IMG/VR virus record: IMGVR_UViG_3300047548_001271
Location: 32,001-96,000 of that record
Reading direction: 5' to 3' (one strand)
DNA: 64,000 nt
Source of the DNA: a virus
The position numbers and the translations under genes were made by a program. Positions 1-13,000 of this stretch are shown one piece after another (the first letter of the stretch is position 1; every line of letters starts with the position of its first letter). The notes under the pieces were generated by a model. The model ran no database searches and had not been told where the DNA came from. It saw only the letters and a list, made by a program, of their open reading frames with translations.

Positions 1-649
1 TACATTTTATCCAGTTTCAACAACTGGTAATTATTCCCATCATATTAATCATTATTTAGGACGTGTTATTTTTGATAATCCAATACCATCCGGATCTATT
101 GTTGAATGTCAATACAGTTATAAATATATCAGTGTAACAAAATGCGATGGCATTAATTGGTTCACACAAATTCAAAAAAATTCTGAGAGGTCGGATTCAA
201 CAAATTTTATTTCTCAAGATGGTGATTATAGTATCCTATCAGATAATCGCTATCAATTACCATCAATAGGAATTGAGGTAGGAAAAACTAGAAAAATGAA
301 GCCGTTCCAAATTGGAGGTGGCCAAATTGTGTACACAGATTTTTATTTACATTGTATTTCCGAAGACGCTTATACGAGAGATAATTTGGTGGACATAGTT
401 TGTCTACAAAATGAAAAAGTAATAAACGCTTATGATTTAAACAAAATCTCTGCTAGTGGTGCTTTCCCATTAGATTATAGAGGAGTTCCAGCTTCTGGAG
501 CTAAACAATATCCGGAATTAGTAACTGAATTCCCAGGTGATCAAATTAGAATTATTAATTCATCATTTGATTCCATATATTCACTAACCCCAGACATACA
601 CGTTGGGACAGTAAAGATTGTTACCGAGTGTATTTTGTTTGGCGTATAA
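1..649 (+). CDS. 5'-truncated virion protein, tail completion/terminator-like
   Basis: Frame of ORF 296..649 is open back to position 2 (TFYPVSTTGNYSHHINHYLGRVIFD...), so the gene starts before the window; lies directly upstream of the tail tube gene. Confidence 0.6.
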   Translation, partial: TFYPVSTTGNYSHHINHYLGRVIFDNPIPSGSIVECQYSYKYISVTKCDGINWFTQIQKNSERSDSTNFISQDGDYSILSDNRYQLPSIGIEVGKTRKMKPFQIGGGQIVYTDFYLHCISEDAYTRDNLVDIVCLQNEKVINAYDLNKISASGAFPLDYRGVPASGAKQYPELVTEFPGDQIRIINSSFDSIYSLTPDIHVGTVKIVTECILFGV

Positions 650-686
650 ATTAATACAATTTCACCCTTTTTACTGGAGATAAAAT

Positions 687-1880
687 ATGCCATTTGCAAG
701 TACATCACAAAATAAAAGAATTATATATGCTACTCAAGGCGTCGCTATAGGCGATATGGGAGCCTCAACTGTCCAAGATAGCTGGAAGAGCGGTTCAGCC
801 GTAAGCGGTTCTGGAAAACTAAGTATTGTTCACGGTCTACAGAGCATGGGCGTTGATACCAACTTCAATCTTGAGCAGATTTTTGAATTTGCACAGCTTT
901 CTCTTTATGAGAACTATGAAGAAGTTCCTGATATTCAAGTTCAATGCGAAAGAGTCCTTGATGGATACTCTCTGCTTTATCATTTAGGAACAGTGAGTGC
1001 GGTTAATCCTACATTAATTGGTCGATCGGACGCAAGAGCTGATGTTAGAGCTGTTATTGGCTTAACAACTGATACTGCTGTTAACAGCGGAGATGCTGCT
1101 GTTGCTGAAGTTTATGCGTCTGGAATGTATGTTAGTAGCGTCAGCTACAATCTTTCTACAGACGGAAACTTTACAGAATCAGTTACATTTGTTGGAAATG
1201 ATAAAGCGATTCTTGGCGGATCTCAAAATGGAGTTCTAACAAATAACGGCTCAGTTGTTGCTGCTTTTGGTACGATTTTTGGAAATGATTCTCCAGCAGC
1301 ACCAGGTGGAAGCGTTCTCCGTAGACAAAATCTAGTTGTTGGTTCAACAGGACGAACATATGGTGGAACTGTGTTTAGAACAGTTGTTCCATCTATTATC
1401 CCAGGCGTAACAACTGGTGGAGCTGGAATTGGAACGGGGTTAAATTCAAACTGCGGATACATTAATGTTGATAGCGGAGTTTATATTAACTCAATTTCAA
1501 CGAGTGTTGATCTTGGACGAGAAGAAATTAGAACTATGGGTCAGAAGCTTCCTTATTACAGGTATGTTTCTTTCCCTGTTGATGTTACAACTGATATCGA
1601 AGTAACTGCCGCTGGAGCAGACAATGTTCAAGCTAGTGGAAACGTTAAAAATCTATCAGATCACTCAATTCAATTTGTTCTCGATGATTCAACTGTTATT
1701 TCTCTTGGTAATAAAAACAAAGTAACTTCTGTTTCTTATGGAAATGGAGATACTGGTGGTGGAAATGCCACGATTTCATATTCATTTGTCAATTCAAATG
1801 ACTTTGTTGTTTTACATTCTGGAGACCCTAACTATACAGTTCCTCCAACTGGAACAAATTACTGGAAGAACTGGTTCTAA
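687..1880 (+). CDS. major tail tube protein (putative)
   Basis: GGAG RBS; Gly/Ser/Thr/Val-rich beta-type 397 aa with internal two-fold similarity (GVDTNFNLEQI / SVDLGREEI); position before chaperones and tape measure gene. Confidence 0.65.
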   Translation: MPFASTSQNKRIIYATQGVAIGDMGASTVQDSWKSGSAVSGSGKLSIVHGLQSMGVDTNFNLEQIFEFAQLSLYENYEEVPDIQVQCERVLDGYSLLYHLGTVSAVNPTLIGRSDARADVRAVIGLTTDTAVNSGDAAVAEVYASGMYVSSVSYNLSTDGNFTESVTFVGNDKAILGGSQNGVLTNNGSVVAAFGTIFGNDSPAAPGGSVLRRQNLVVGSTGRTYGGTVFRTVVPSIIPGVTTGGAGIGTGLNSNCGYINVDSGVYINSISTSVDLGREEIRTMGQKLPYYRYVSFPVDVTTDIEVTAAGADNVQASGNVKNLSDHSIQFVLDDSTVISLGNKNKVTSVSYGNGDTGGGNATISYSFVNSNDFVVLHSGDPNYTVPPTGTNYWKNWF

Positions 1881-1913
1881 TAATTAAAATCCGTTGTTAA
1901 AGGAAAAACAACG

Positions 1914-2906
1914 TTGTCAAAAATAAATCGACTACTTTCTGGGACTGTTATAGTCACATTAGACTCTAGTAAAATTTTCGTAAGACCTTTTTCACTAGAA
2001 GACAAACTGATTTCTGATGATATCTATCAAGAAATTTATGATGATTGTTTTCTAAGTGGAGGTTTTACGAATGAAGAACTAGAGTCTATTTTGTATCAAT
2101 TAGGCTTTTGGTCTGATAAAGAAGAGAAAGAGTTAGAATCTCTTGAGGATTTAATAGAACAAGCTAAAGTTGATTACTTCCTAAATTTCTTAATGGAATC
2201 AAAAAGGAAACACATCAAATATAACTTAGATATTGCTGAAGAAAAATATAAGAAGCTTCTCGCTAAAAAATCTGCTTTGGCCGATAAGACTTGTGAATAT
2301 ACAGCTCATTATGCAAAGCTAACTTATTTAATAGAGAATTCATCTTATATAGACAACAAGATTAAAATTGATGAAAATGTTGACATATTCAGATTAATTA
2401 ATAAACATATTGAAAAATCTCTTTCGGAATCAGAGATTAGAGGAATAGCAAAAAGCAATGAATGGAAAAGTATTTGGAATACATGTAAAAATCCTACCGA
2501 CTTGTTCAAACCGTCAGCTTATGAACTGACTAATGAGCAAGTCGTTTTGATTTCATGGTCAAGGATGTATGATAATATTCATGAATCGCCAGACTGTCCA
2601 CCAAACGAAGTAATAGATGATGATATCGCTATGGATGGCTGGATGATTCATCAAAGTAGAAAACGAAAAGAGGAGGATAAAGATAGACAAAAGGAAAACT
2701 TATTAACAACTAAAGCAAAGGAAGTGTTCATTCCAGTTAAAAACCAACAAGAGCAAAAAGAGATTTTATCTTTAAATAATGCTCATGGGAAATCAGTAAT
2801 TTCATCAATCAAAAAAGATGTAGAGGAAAGAGGAGTTTTAAACGAAATGGAGTTAACACATGTTAGACAAGAAATTCAAATGGAAGCAAACAAAAGGAGA
2901 AAGTGA
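1914..2906 (+). CDS. tail assembly chaperone-like protein, long paralog
   Basis: Between tube and tape measure genes; N-terminal half aligns by eye with 3220..4053. Confidence 0.5.
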   Translation: MSKINRLLSGTVIVTLDSSKIFVRPFSLEDKLISDDIYQEIYDDCFLSGGFTNEELESILYQLGFWSDKEEKELESLEDLIEQAKVDYFLNFLMESKRKHIKYNLDIAEEKYKKLLAKKSALADKTCEYTAHYAKLTYLIENSSYIDNKIKIDENVDIFRLINKHIEKSLSESEIRGIAKSNEWKSIWNTCKNPTDLFKPSAYELTNEQVVLISWSRMYDNIHESPDCPPNEVIDDDIAMDGWMIHQSRKRKEEDKDRQKENLLTTKAKEVFIPVKNQQEQKEILSLNNAHGKSVISSIKKDVEERGVLNEMELTHVRQEIQMEANKRRK

Positions 2907-3217
2907 TGGATAAAAAAGAACTTGTTAGACAGCAATCAAAAGAGCGACTAACAAAAGAAGTAAAAAAAAGAATTAATACAACTATGATCGGTGCTATTGC
3001 TAGTGTTGAAGAACACTTCGGAAAGTTATGGGGTTTTAATTCTGATGGTGAATTAAATTACCAACAACAAAAAATGAAGGAATTATTCGAAGAGCTTAGG
3101 GCCGATATACTAGATAAGGGAAATGCTCAAATTCGACAATTTGAAGCAGAATTAAATAATTACGATATCAACTGGAATAGATATCACATAACCATTTTAC
3201 CAATTAATAGGAGATAG
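2903..3217 (+). CDS. hypothetical protein, tail module
   Basis: Overlaps upstream stop codon; helical 104 aa. Confidence 0.7.
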   Translation: MMDKKELVRQQSKERLTKEVKKRINTTMIGAIASVEEHFGKLWGFNSDGELNYQQQKMKELFEELRADILDKGNAQIRQFEAELNNYDINWNRYHITILPINRR

Positions 3218-3219
3218 GA

Positions 3220-4053
3220 ATGTCAGAAAAGAGATTTACGTTTGAAGGCAAAGAATATGTTGTTAAGCCAATTTCTCGAAAAGCTGCAACAGAAGGCCAG
3301 AAGATTTATACTAAAGCGTTTAAGCGAGCCGTCGAAGAAGGTGCAATTCTAAAGAAAAGTCTTGACGATCATATGAGGAGACAAGGTCTCTGGGATGATA
3401 CTAAACAAGAAGAGTATATGTCCTTGATTAAAAAGAGTCAAGATATTGAATATAAGATTAAGAGTCGGTTTTATAAAAAAGCTTCTGAACTAAGAGATAA
3501 GGCTTTGGAATTGAAGAGATTGAGAAATAGCCTTTCCTCTTTACTGTCTGAGAAAAACTCAATGGACTCTGTAACTGCAGAAGGCCAAGCAGAAAACGAG
3601 AGATTTAACTATTTTGTATCCGTTTGTGTTTACGATTTTCTAACACAAAAACCAGTATTTTCTTCTCAAGAAGATTATGTTGAGAGAGGTGATACAGAAT
3701 TGGCTGGTAAATGCGCTTCAGAATTTGCCAATTATTTTTATGGTCTTGAAGAAAACTATGAAGACTCTTATGCAGAAAATAGAGTTCTCAAGCGAATTGG
3801 CTTAATCGATGATAAGGGTAATTTGATTGATCGTCAAGGTCGAAGAGTTGATACTGAGGGAAATCTGCTCGATGAAAATGGAGCAAGAGTTGATGAAAAT
3901 GGTCAACGAATTGACATCAATAACAACCCTATAATTAGCGATGATGTTTTAGATTCACTTGAGTTTGAGGATGATTTGGCTGTAAAACCAGTCGAAAAAC
4001 CAGTAATTGTCGAAACAGTTTATTCCGAAGAAACCGACGACACGAAAGAATAG
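3220..4053 (+). CDS. tail assembly chaperone-like protein with C-terminal D-x-x-G repeats
   Basis: Immediately upstream of tape measure gene; repeats DDKGNLI/DRQGRRV/DTEGNLL/DENGARV/DENGQRI. Confidence 0.55.
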   Translation: MSEKRFTFEGKEYVVKPISRKAATEGQKIYTKAFKRAVEEGAILKKSLDDHMRRQGLWDDTKQEEYMSLIKKSQDIEYKIKSRFYKKASELRDKALELKRLRNSLSSLLSEKNSMDSVTAEGQAENERFNYFVSVCVYDFLTQKPVFSSQEDYVERGDTELAGKCASEFANYFYGLEENYEDSYAENRVLKRIGLIDDKGNLIDRQGRRVDTEGNLLDENGARVDENGQRIDINNNPIISDDVLDSLEFEDDLAVKPVEKPVIVETVYSEETDDTKE

Positions 4054-4057
4054 TTAA

Positions 4058-7000
4058 ATGCTTAACGCCGCACTATTATTAAATGTTCAAGCTTCTCAGC
4101 AAAGTCTTAAACAATTAAATAGCACTATTACAAAGTCGCTATCTAATGTTGGCATTACAGTAAACTCTGCTAGTGCTGTAAAAGCGAATAGTCAAATACA
4201 ATCGCTTATGGCATCACAAAAACAGTTACAAAAAGTGCAACAAGATGCAAGCAAGACAGCAAAATCATTTTCTGATATTGTGGCGTTAAAGGGTGTTAAC
4301 TTCGTTCAATATACAATCGCAACTAGCGCCGTTTTGAGGCTTTCTAATGTCATAAGCGGCGCAACTCGCGAGTCTCTTAAATTTGAAAAAGAACTAGCTG
4401 TTTTAGCTCAAACTCTTAATCAGAGCAATGCGCAAGTTCAAGAATACTCAGATTCAATTTTAAAAATATCAAAAAATTACGGTCTAGCTCAAAATAAAGC
4501 CGCTGAATTAGTAAGAGTTTCAGCTCAAGCTGGTTTGTCAATTAGAGAATCATTAAAACTTGCTAATACATTAGCTAGAACCACGCTTATTGGAACATTT
4601 GAAGATTTAAATGAAACTCAAGAAGCAGCTATTTCTTTAATGTCGTCCTTTAAAACTAGTGTTGATGGTGCTGGCGAAGCAATTGATTCGATCAATGTTA
4701 TTTCTAAAAAATACGCCGTCGAATCTAGCGACTTGGTCGAAGTTATTAAAAGATCCGGTGGTGCGTTTAAAGCTTCTGGCGGCCAGCTTAATGAATTGTT
4801 GGCGGCATTTACTAGCGTTAGATCATACTCTCGTGAATCAGCAGACACAATCGCTACAGCGTTTAGAACAATTTTTGCTAGATTGCAAAGACCAAAAACG
4901 ATTGAATATTTTAAAACGCTTAATATTGAACTAGAAAAAGCTGGTGTATTTATTGGGAACTTTCAAGCTATTGAAGCTATTTCAAAAGGGCTTAAAGTAC
5001 AAAATATTGTTCCGGGTACTACAAAATTTGCTGAAGTTGTGGAGCAGATTGGTGGTATTAGACAGATTTCAAAAGTTATTCCATTATTAGAGAATTTTTC
5101 TGTAGCTCAAGATGCTCTAGCCCTTGCTAATAGAGGCGTTTCTGAATCGTCACAAGACGTTGCAACTGCACAAGAAACATTAATAGCCAGGATTGATAGA
5201 TTAAGAGCTAATTTTGCGGCTTTAATTACTGAAATCACACAGACGGAAAGTTTCAAAGCGATTGCTGACGCCTTTATAAATATGGCAAACGGAGCAATCG
5301 AATTAACTCGTCAATTAAAAGGTATAATCCCATTTATTGCTGCTATTTCAGGGTTTAAGCTTTCACTTGGTCTTGGTAGATATCTAAGCGGTAGAATAAA
5401 AAACCCCCCAAATAATCTACCAGTGACGCCAATGACAGCAAATACTGGAGGGTTTGTACCTGGTGTTGGTGATAGAGACACTGTCCCAGCTCTTTTAACC
5501 CCTGGCGAGTTTGTTATCAACAAGAAATCCGCAAAGGCTTATGGATATGGAAAACTTCATAAGATAAATAAATATGCTTTCGGAGGTAAGGTTTCTAAGC
5601 AACGAGCAACAACCTTTTCTGATAGAAGGTTTATGTCCAGAGGACCAAAATTAAAAGATTTTGCAGAAGCTGAAACTATATTACAAGATATTATTCGATC
5701 TTTATCTCCTGAAATACAAGAACTGTTAAAAAATAAATTCAAAGGAATATATCAAGCTTCTCCTGGTGAATTATTCCCTTTCGGAAAAGACACTCTCAAA
5801 CCACAATCTTTTGGTTATGCTCATAGAGTAGATAAATATATAGGCTTGAATAAAGATAAGATTGCTCTTGGTAACACCCCAAAACTTGTTGTTTCTCATG
5901 AGCTTGGTCATATTTTAGAAGGTCTAATGTCGGAAGCTAGAGGCGGTCCAGTCGGATCTATGCTTTCTGAAGGTGGAGCAACTACGGATACATTCCAGTC
6001 GGCATTAATTAAGTTGGTAAAACCAACTATGGAAAAGCAATACGCCGATATATTAACTAGTGGAAAAATTCCAGATCCAAAAAAAGCACAAGAAGAATTT
6101 GACTATTTAACAAGCAATGTTGAATTATTTGCCGACTTTTTTGCTAATTCAACAGATGAGGGTAGGAGAATACTTACAAGCACATCCCAAGTAAATCTTG
6201 GAATGGCGAGGTTAAAAGTTCATTTATTAAAAGCTGGAAAAACTTTTGCTGGTTTGTCTGCTGGAGATATTGACCCACAAGCAATCCCAAATGCAATTAC
6301 TCAATTAGAATCTGAATTGCAAAATTTAAGACCTGGACAAAATATACAACAATTAATAGCTCAATCGCAAGCGAAATCAGCGACTTATACTGGAGTTAGA
6401 CAAAGAAAAGAGGCTGATAAGGCGGCTTTGCGTAGTTCAGAAATAATACAGACGATAAGAATGCAGCAAGCACTTCCGATTGCGCAATCAGCTATAGACA
6501 AATTAGAAGACGCTAAACTAAATGTTCAAAAGGCGATTGATGAAGTTTATTTTGATAAAACTATGTATTCTCTAAGAGAGGATGATAAATCACACCAAGA
6601 AATTAACGCGATTTATGATCCAATTATTGCAGATCTGGAAAAAGCTAGGGACGGTTTTGATGCAGCAATGGATGAAATAGATAAAAGATTGGATTCTGAA
6701 ATAACTTCTCTTGAACGAGGGATAAAAAGAATTCAAAAGGCTATCGCCGGCTTAGAATCAGAAATCCTTGCACAAGATCAATTATTAGAGGCCGAGTCGA
6801 AAAACCGAGCACAATTATCTTCTATATTAGAAAAAAGAACTAAGATAGAAAAAGAATTACTAGTTCTTAAAAGAGTAGAAGCACAAAGACAAAAAGGTAT
6901 AGCATCAGCATTAGCAACAAAAGCGAGACAAGATGCAGCTTCAACACCAGAAAATAGATCGACTATTGGCGCTTCTTCTAATCAGTATGCTAAATCCAAA

Positions 7001-10000
7001 GGGTTTGCTAATGCCGCAGAAATGAATGCCGCTTTAGTTGCTAGAGGTTCAAAACAACCGACGACAACAACATCTGCGGGTTTGCAATTGCAGATGCGGC
7101 AGCAGAAAGCTATGAGATCAGTGCTATCTCCAATAGCAAAACAAACAATTCCGCCATTGATGTTGACTCCGCCGCCTGGTGCAACTCCTCCACTTTCTGA
7201 TCTTCAATCAAAAGTTGTTGATATAATCAAGCCACAAATTGAAAAGGTTATGTTGCAAGCCGGTAAAAGCGCTAATGATATAGCTGTATATTTCGCAAAT
7301 TCAAGAAGGGTGTATGAAGATTTTTACAAGGTGAGTGATCAGCAAACTCAACAAGTTTTAGACAGAGTTAAAGAGGCTAAAATTGGAATTCCATTGCTTG
7401 GGGCACAAGCTAAAAAACAAAATAAGAATTTCTTAGGTATATTTCCTCAAGGTTCGGCTGAAGCAAAAATTTCTCCAAATGAGCTAGCTAGTTCTTTAAG
7501 GGCATCAATAGAAAATATTAGAAAACTTAATGATGATAATACTAAGAGCAGGATAAAAATTATAAGAATAGGAAAAGATATTATTGCTGAACAATTGCTA
7601 ATATCTAAAGCTGAGGCAAAAAGAAATCAAGCTTTGACAAGACTTCAAACCGCAAAAGCTAATAGAAAAGCATTAGACCCGTTAGCTGAGCAAGTTAGAT
7701 TATTTCAAGGAACCCCACTCGCTCTTCCATCAAACATTATTCAACCGCTTATAGATGCAAATAAAGAACTTGCTGCGGCTAAATCGGAACTTACTAAAAC
7801 CACTAATATTGTAGCTGGTCTAAAATCACGAAGTAATCTACCAAGTTTATATGCTGCTAGATCAGCAGAACGTAGAGCTATTTCAGATCGTGAGGCTCAA
7901 GTAAAAGACGAAGAATTTGCAAGGCGGAGTGATCTATCAAGCGTTTCAGACAAAGAACAATCAAGAGAAATAATGAAAGTATTGGAAGATAGAAAAAAGG
8001 CTATTACGTCTGAAATTAGCAGCATCACTGCGAATATCAAAGCTATTGATCAGTCTACAGTCGCTGGACAACAACAAGCGGCGGTTTTAAATGCTAGAAA
8101 AATGGCATTGATAAAAGAAGCTAAAACAATAAAAACCGATATTGCTGGATTTCAACAAACTTATTTTGCTCAGCCAGGATCTTTTACACAATTTAATAAA
8201 GCGGCACAACAAAAACAGAACACAGTCTCAATTCTTTCTACTATCAGACAACAAGAGAAGGCTCGCCGAGAGGAAAGAGAAAGGCAAAGGCTTGCGGCGA
8301 TACAAGCAAAAATTTCAAATATAAGACAGGCTGGTGCGGCCAAACGAGAACCAGTAAAAAGAACTCCATTAACAGACCAGCAAAAATTTATGATATCTGC
8401 GGCGTCTGCGTTCGTTGCTAGCTCATTACAAGCTGCTAAAGAATATGATGAAACTGGAAAAGCTGTTAGAGGTTTTAAAAACGAGATGATTGACGCAACA
8501 TCTCAAATTGCTATTTTAGTTGGGACCTTATCTGGTTTTGGTTTTGATCTTTCTGCTGGATTTGAAAAGTTTAAACTCCCCACAATCAGTAAATCTAAGA
8601 GATTCAATAGCGGTAATATTGAGAGAGCTATTGATAGATTAGTAAATCCACCAATTCCATTTAGACCGATGGAAGAGAATGATGCTAGACGGAAAGTTAT
8701 GGATAAGGTCTGGAATGCAAGAAGACAAGATTTTAATAAAAGTCGTGTTGGTAGTATGCTTCCAAAATCAATACAAAGTTTTGTGATTGGTGCTGAAAAG
8801 CTTGGTTATAACCTTCGAAATAACATCTCTGATAACATAACTAAATTTGGAACTAGCGTAAGCAATGCTATAGGCCCAATATTATTAATAGCTTCTGCTG
8901 GATTATTAGTTGGTAAAGCAATGTCTACTCTTGCTGACTATATTTTTGGCGTGGCTGACGCTGAACAGCGTAGATTAAAAGCTATTGAATCCGGAAATGT
9001 AGAATCAGCAGTTGCTGCAGCTAGAGAAGAATCCAGATTAAAACAAAATGCTGGTATAGGAGGTGCTATTGGCGGAGCTATTGGTGGGGCAGCTACAGGA
9101 GCTTTGATTGGATCGGCTTTTGCTGGTTTTGGAGCACTTCCAGGTGCTATTATTGGTGGATTAACGGGGCTTATTGGCGGGGCATGGAATGCGGCATGGG
9201 ACATGTTCTATAACGCTGCTGAAAACCTAGAAGCCGCTTCAAAAGCTCAAGCTCAATCAGTAAAAGCATCAAAAGAAATTAATAGCTTAGTTAGAAAAAG
9301 AGAATCCTTAATTAAAGAAGGAAAGCAAAGTGAAATAATAAAATTAGAACTTCAAGCCGCTAAATCTTTAGCAAAAGCCGCTTCTGATACAGAAGCTGCT
9401 GAAGCACTTGCTAAATTCACTGGTGGAGAAGATCAAAAACTAAACGCTGAAAAAGCGAGAGAAGCGTTTGAAACTGCTAGTGATGAGTTCTCAAAAGTGT
9501 TAGAATCAAAGGTGTCTGAAATCGCATCACAAATCGCATCCGGTAAGATTGTAGTCAAAAATGATCCAGAAAAAGGATTTAACCTAGATAACTTTATTAA
9601 TCAAGTACCAGAACTAGCGGCGTTCCAAAATGAAATCGCTGGAATTCCATCGGTTCTCAAAGAGTATAGAACAGCTCTTGAAAACTCTGCGAGAATAGCG
9701 GTTTCTGAAAGAAATATAAAGTTACAATTATTAGAAGTCTATAAAAATGAACAAAAGGTTTTAGAAGATCGATTCAGAGCTGAAATGGCTTTAACTCAGT
9801 CATTGAATAAGGTCGTAGAAGCGTCAAATAAAATAGAAAGCTCTTTCTCTCTTATACAGCTTGGAGAAGATTTTACAAGAAACTTACAAATTTCTGCATC
9901 TTCATCTGATCAATTATCGAATATTAAAAATATTTCTGATAAACCAGCACTTGAAAGAGTGTTGAATGCAATCTCAATATTTGAAGAATTCTCTCCAGCT

Positions 10001-13000
10001 ATTAATGATGTTAGAGAGGCTGTTAGAAGACAAGATATAATTTCAAATCCATCAGGAGCAATTGTTACTGGTTCACAAGAAATAAATCAGATTTTAAACA
10101 ACATTGAAAGATCAGATTTAGCAATGTCAACTGAACCAGGGGATGTTCAAACAAGACAAACCGTTAATGATGTTATAGATGATATTATTGAGAAAAATTT
10201 CAAAGGGGCTGGAAAAGAAGTTGTTGAAGTAATTAAAAAACAAATACTCGACGCTTCAGTTTCTGGAATGATTAGCCCGTCTCAAATGAGAACTATTTTT
10301 GAAGAAAATCTAATTGACCCTCTTCAATCTTCTGCTGATAAACTTGCTAAAGCATATGAACTACAAGTTCAATCTATAAATAGATATTCAGAAGCGTTAA
10401 ATATATATTCTGGTATGGTTATAGAATCAGCCAAGATGGTTTCAAATGCTGAATCCACTTTTACTGCTAATCAAAGAGCGTTGTTTGAGGTAATAACCGG
10501 AACGAAAGCAGATCCTAGACAGATGCTTGCTGAAAGAACATCTTCTCAAGCGAAATTATTAAATAGATTAAATGTTGACGGAAGAATCGCTGGAGATTCT
10601 AGGGCTCTGTCGAAAGAAATTCAAGTTCTACAAGAAAAAATAGCTAAAACAGAAAAAGAAATTAGTGCTCAAGGCTTTTCAACTATATTGCAAAATCAAG
10701 AGCTGCAATCAAATAAAGATTTATTGCAATTATTTTCTGAAGCTATTAATGATAACATTGATAGCTTGTCAGAATTTAGAGACGCATCACTTCAGATTGC
10801 TCAAGCTGAAAGAGAAAGAGTTTCTCAGATGAAGCAAGAGCTACTGTCTAATATAACAAAACCTCTAAACGAACAATTTAGAAAAATATTTGCGTCTTCA
10901 TTTGCGAAGAATATTTTACTTGGTAGAAGTCCGCTGCAAATGTTAACATCTCAAGCAGCAATGATGAGACCTGCTAGACAGAGAGACCAATTTCAAGCAG
11001 ATCAAGCCGCTGTTATTCAAGAACTTCAGAATATCGCGACTAATGAAGGCCCACAATCACAATTAGCAAAAGCCGCATTAGATCAATTAGCATTTCAGCA
11101 AGCTATTTTTGAGGGTCAGAGACAATCAATGTTGATGTTTGGAACTCCAAACTCATTTGATCTACAATCAACCTTGCAAGAAATTTATTCTGGAACAACT
11201 CAAAAAGGAGCAAAGGCTGAACAAGATGTTGTTATAGCTAATGAAACATTAAAAAATGCTCAAATGGAACAAGCTAATATATTAAAATTTTCAGCTAATC
11301 TAGTTGCTGGAGAAATGGAGCTATTGTCTAAAGAAGTTAGATTCTTAACTGAGAAATTTAATAGATTAAATATAGAAATTCCACAACAAAGAAATAGTGG
11401 TGGAGAAAAATTCATTCTACAGCCAAGATTAGATAATACTCTAGTACAAGCCAGAAGTGGTGGCGGATCAATATTTAAGAAGAGAGGAACTGATACCGTT
11501 CCAGCAATGTTGACTCCTGGTGAATTTGTAATGAGAAAATCAGCAGTTGACAAGATTGGTGTTAGTAATTTAGAAAAAATGAATAAGACTGGTGTTATAT
11601 ATAGGGCAAACGGAGGACCGGTAGAACAAAAGGCAATGCAAGAATTTGGAGTCCCTAGTATGACTTCGAGATCTATGCGACAGCTTGAAAAAGCTATTTA
11701 TGAGATGGAAATAAAAACTGGAAGAACCCAAGATTTAGATCTTAGAAGTTCTCAAATGGGTTCTGGTTTAATTGGTAAATTTAATGCTGTTCCACGAGTC
11801 TTTTTTTCTGTTCAAGCAGATGCAATAAAATCAATCTTAAAAGGTAAAGCCCCATCTATATGGAAAGGCTATGATGCAGAATCAATAATGGCTGGCTCTC
11901 CACATGTTGAAGCAAGAAAAATAGAACAAAAAGATATTGAAGAAGTAATTGAATACATTAGAAATATCTATAGTAAACATCTAACACCAGGAACAAAAGA
12001 ACACGCAAAAGCTTATGAAGAGGCTGTTTCTAAAAATTCAGAACAAGCTATTCGTAATTATTTTGCTAGAATTCAAGAAAAAGAATCTTATTCTGATTCT
12101 GAGTTAGGCTTAATGTCTATATATAAATTTAGAGGTAATGAATTAGATCCAATGAAAACACCTCTAATAAAACAGCGAGTTATGAACAAACAAAAACAAT
12201 CAACTGGGCTACCAAAACTATTAGAAAGACCACCAGCTCAAACATATCAAGATAAAATCAGATCTATGTCATTAAATGAAAGGATTAATCTATATAAAGA
12301 ATGGGAAAACAGTGCTGATTTTATTGACTCAGAACCTGCAAGACGAAACAAAATGACAGAACTCGGATTAGCGGGAACGATAGTAAACCCTGAAGAAAAA
12401 AGAAAAGCACAATCTCGTCAAGTTTTTAGGGCATTAGCTTATTCTTTTGGTAGAGGAGCTTCTGGAAAAGAAGCTGTCGAGGCGACTCAAGAAAAACAAG
12501 TTGATAATTTCACAGATATTCTCCCAAAACCAGCAGTTAAAGATTATTATGCTGAAACAATGAATAAATTTCCACAACCAGTTGTACCACAAGCTGTTGC
12601 ACAGCAAGCAGTCACACCACAACCAATATCTATCCAAAACCCACTTGAACCAGAAGTGGTTAAAGAAGGACCAAATGAACAAAAAGCAATTTACACCAGG
12701 AATTTGATAGAAGAAAAAATTGCACGCCGAACTGCACCACAAGCAATTACGATGGAAGCGGTTGCATCTCAACCACAAGTAGATCAAACTCAAAAGATTA
12801 AAGAAAAATACAAGAGGTTATTTGGAAGATTTAGATATGATCCATTTACAACTCAAAGATTGATGATTTCATATCAGAAAGAATTAAAAGAAGCCTCACA
12901 ACCTAAAGATATTGTTGCTGAAACAAGAAAAAAATATGACAGAAAACAAACTAAACTAAATCAAGCTCTTATTTATGCAAATAAAACTAAATCAGAGATT

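Noticed and set aside
1914-4057. Programmed -1 frameshift in tail chaperones
   Set aside because: No convincing slippery heptamer near a gene end leading into an extended frame; each ORF has its own start
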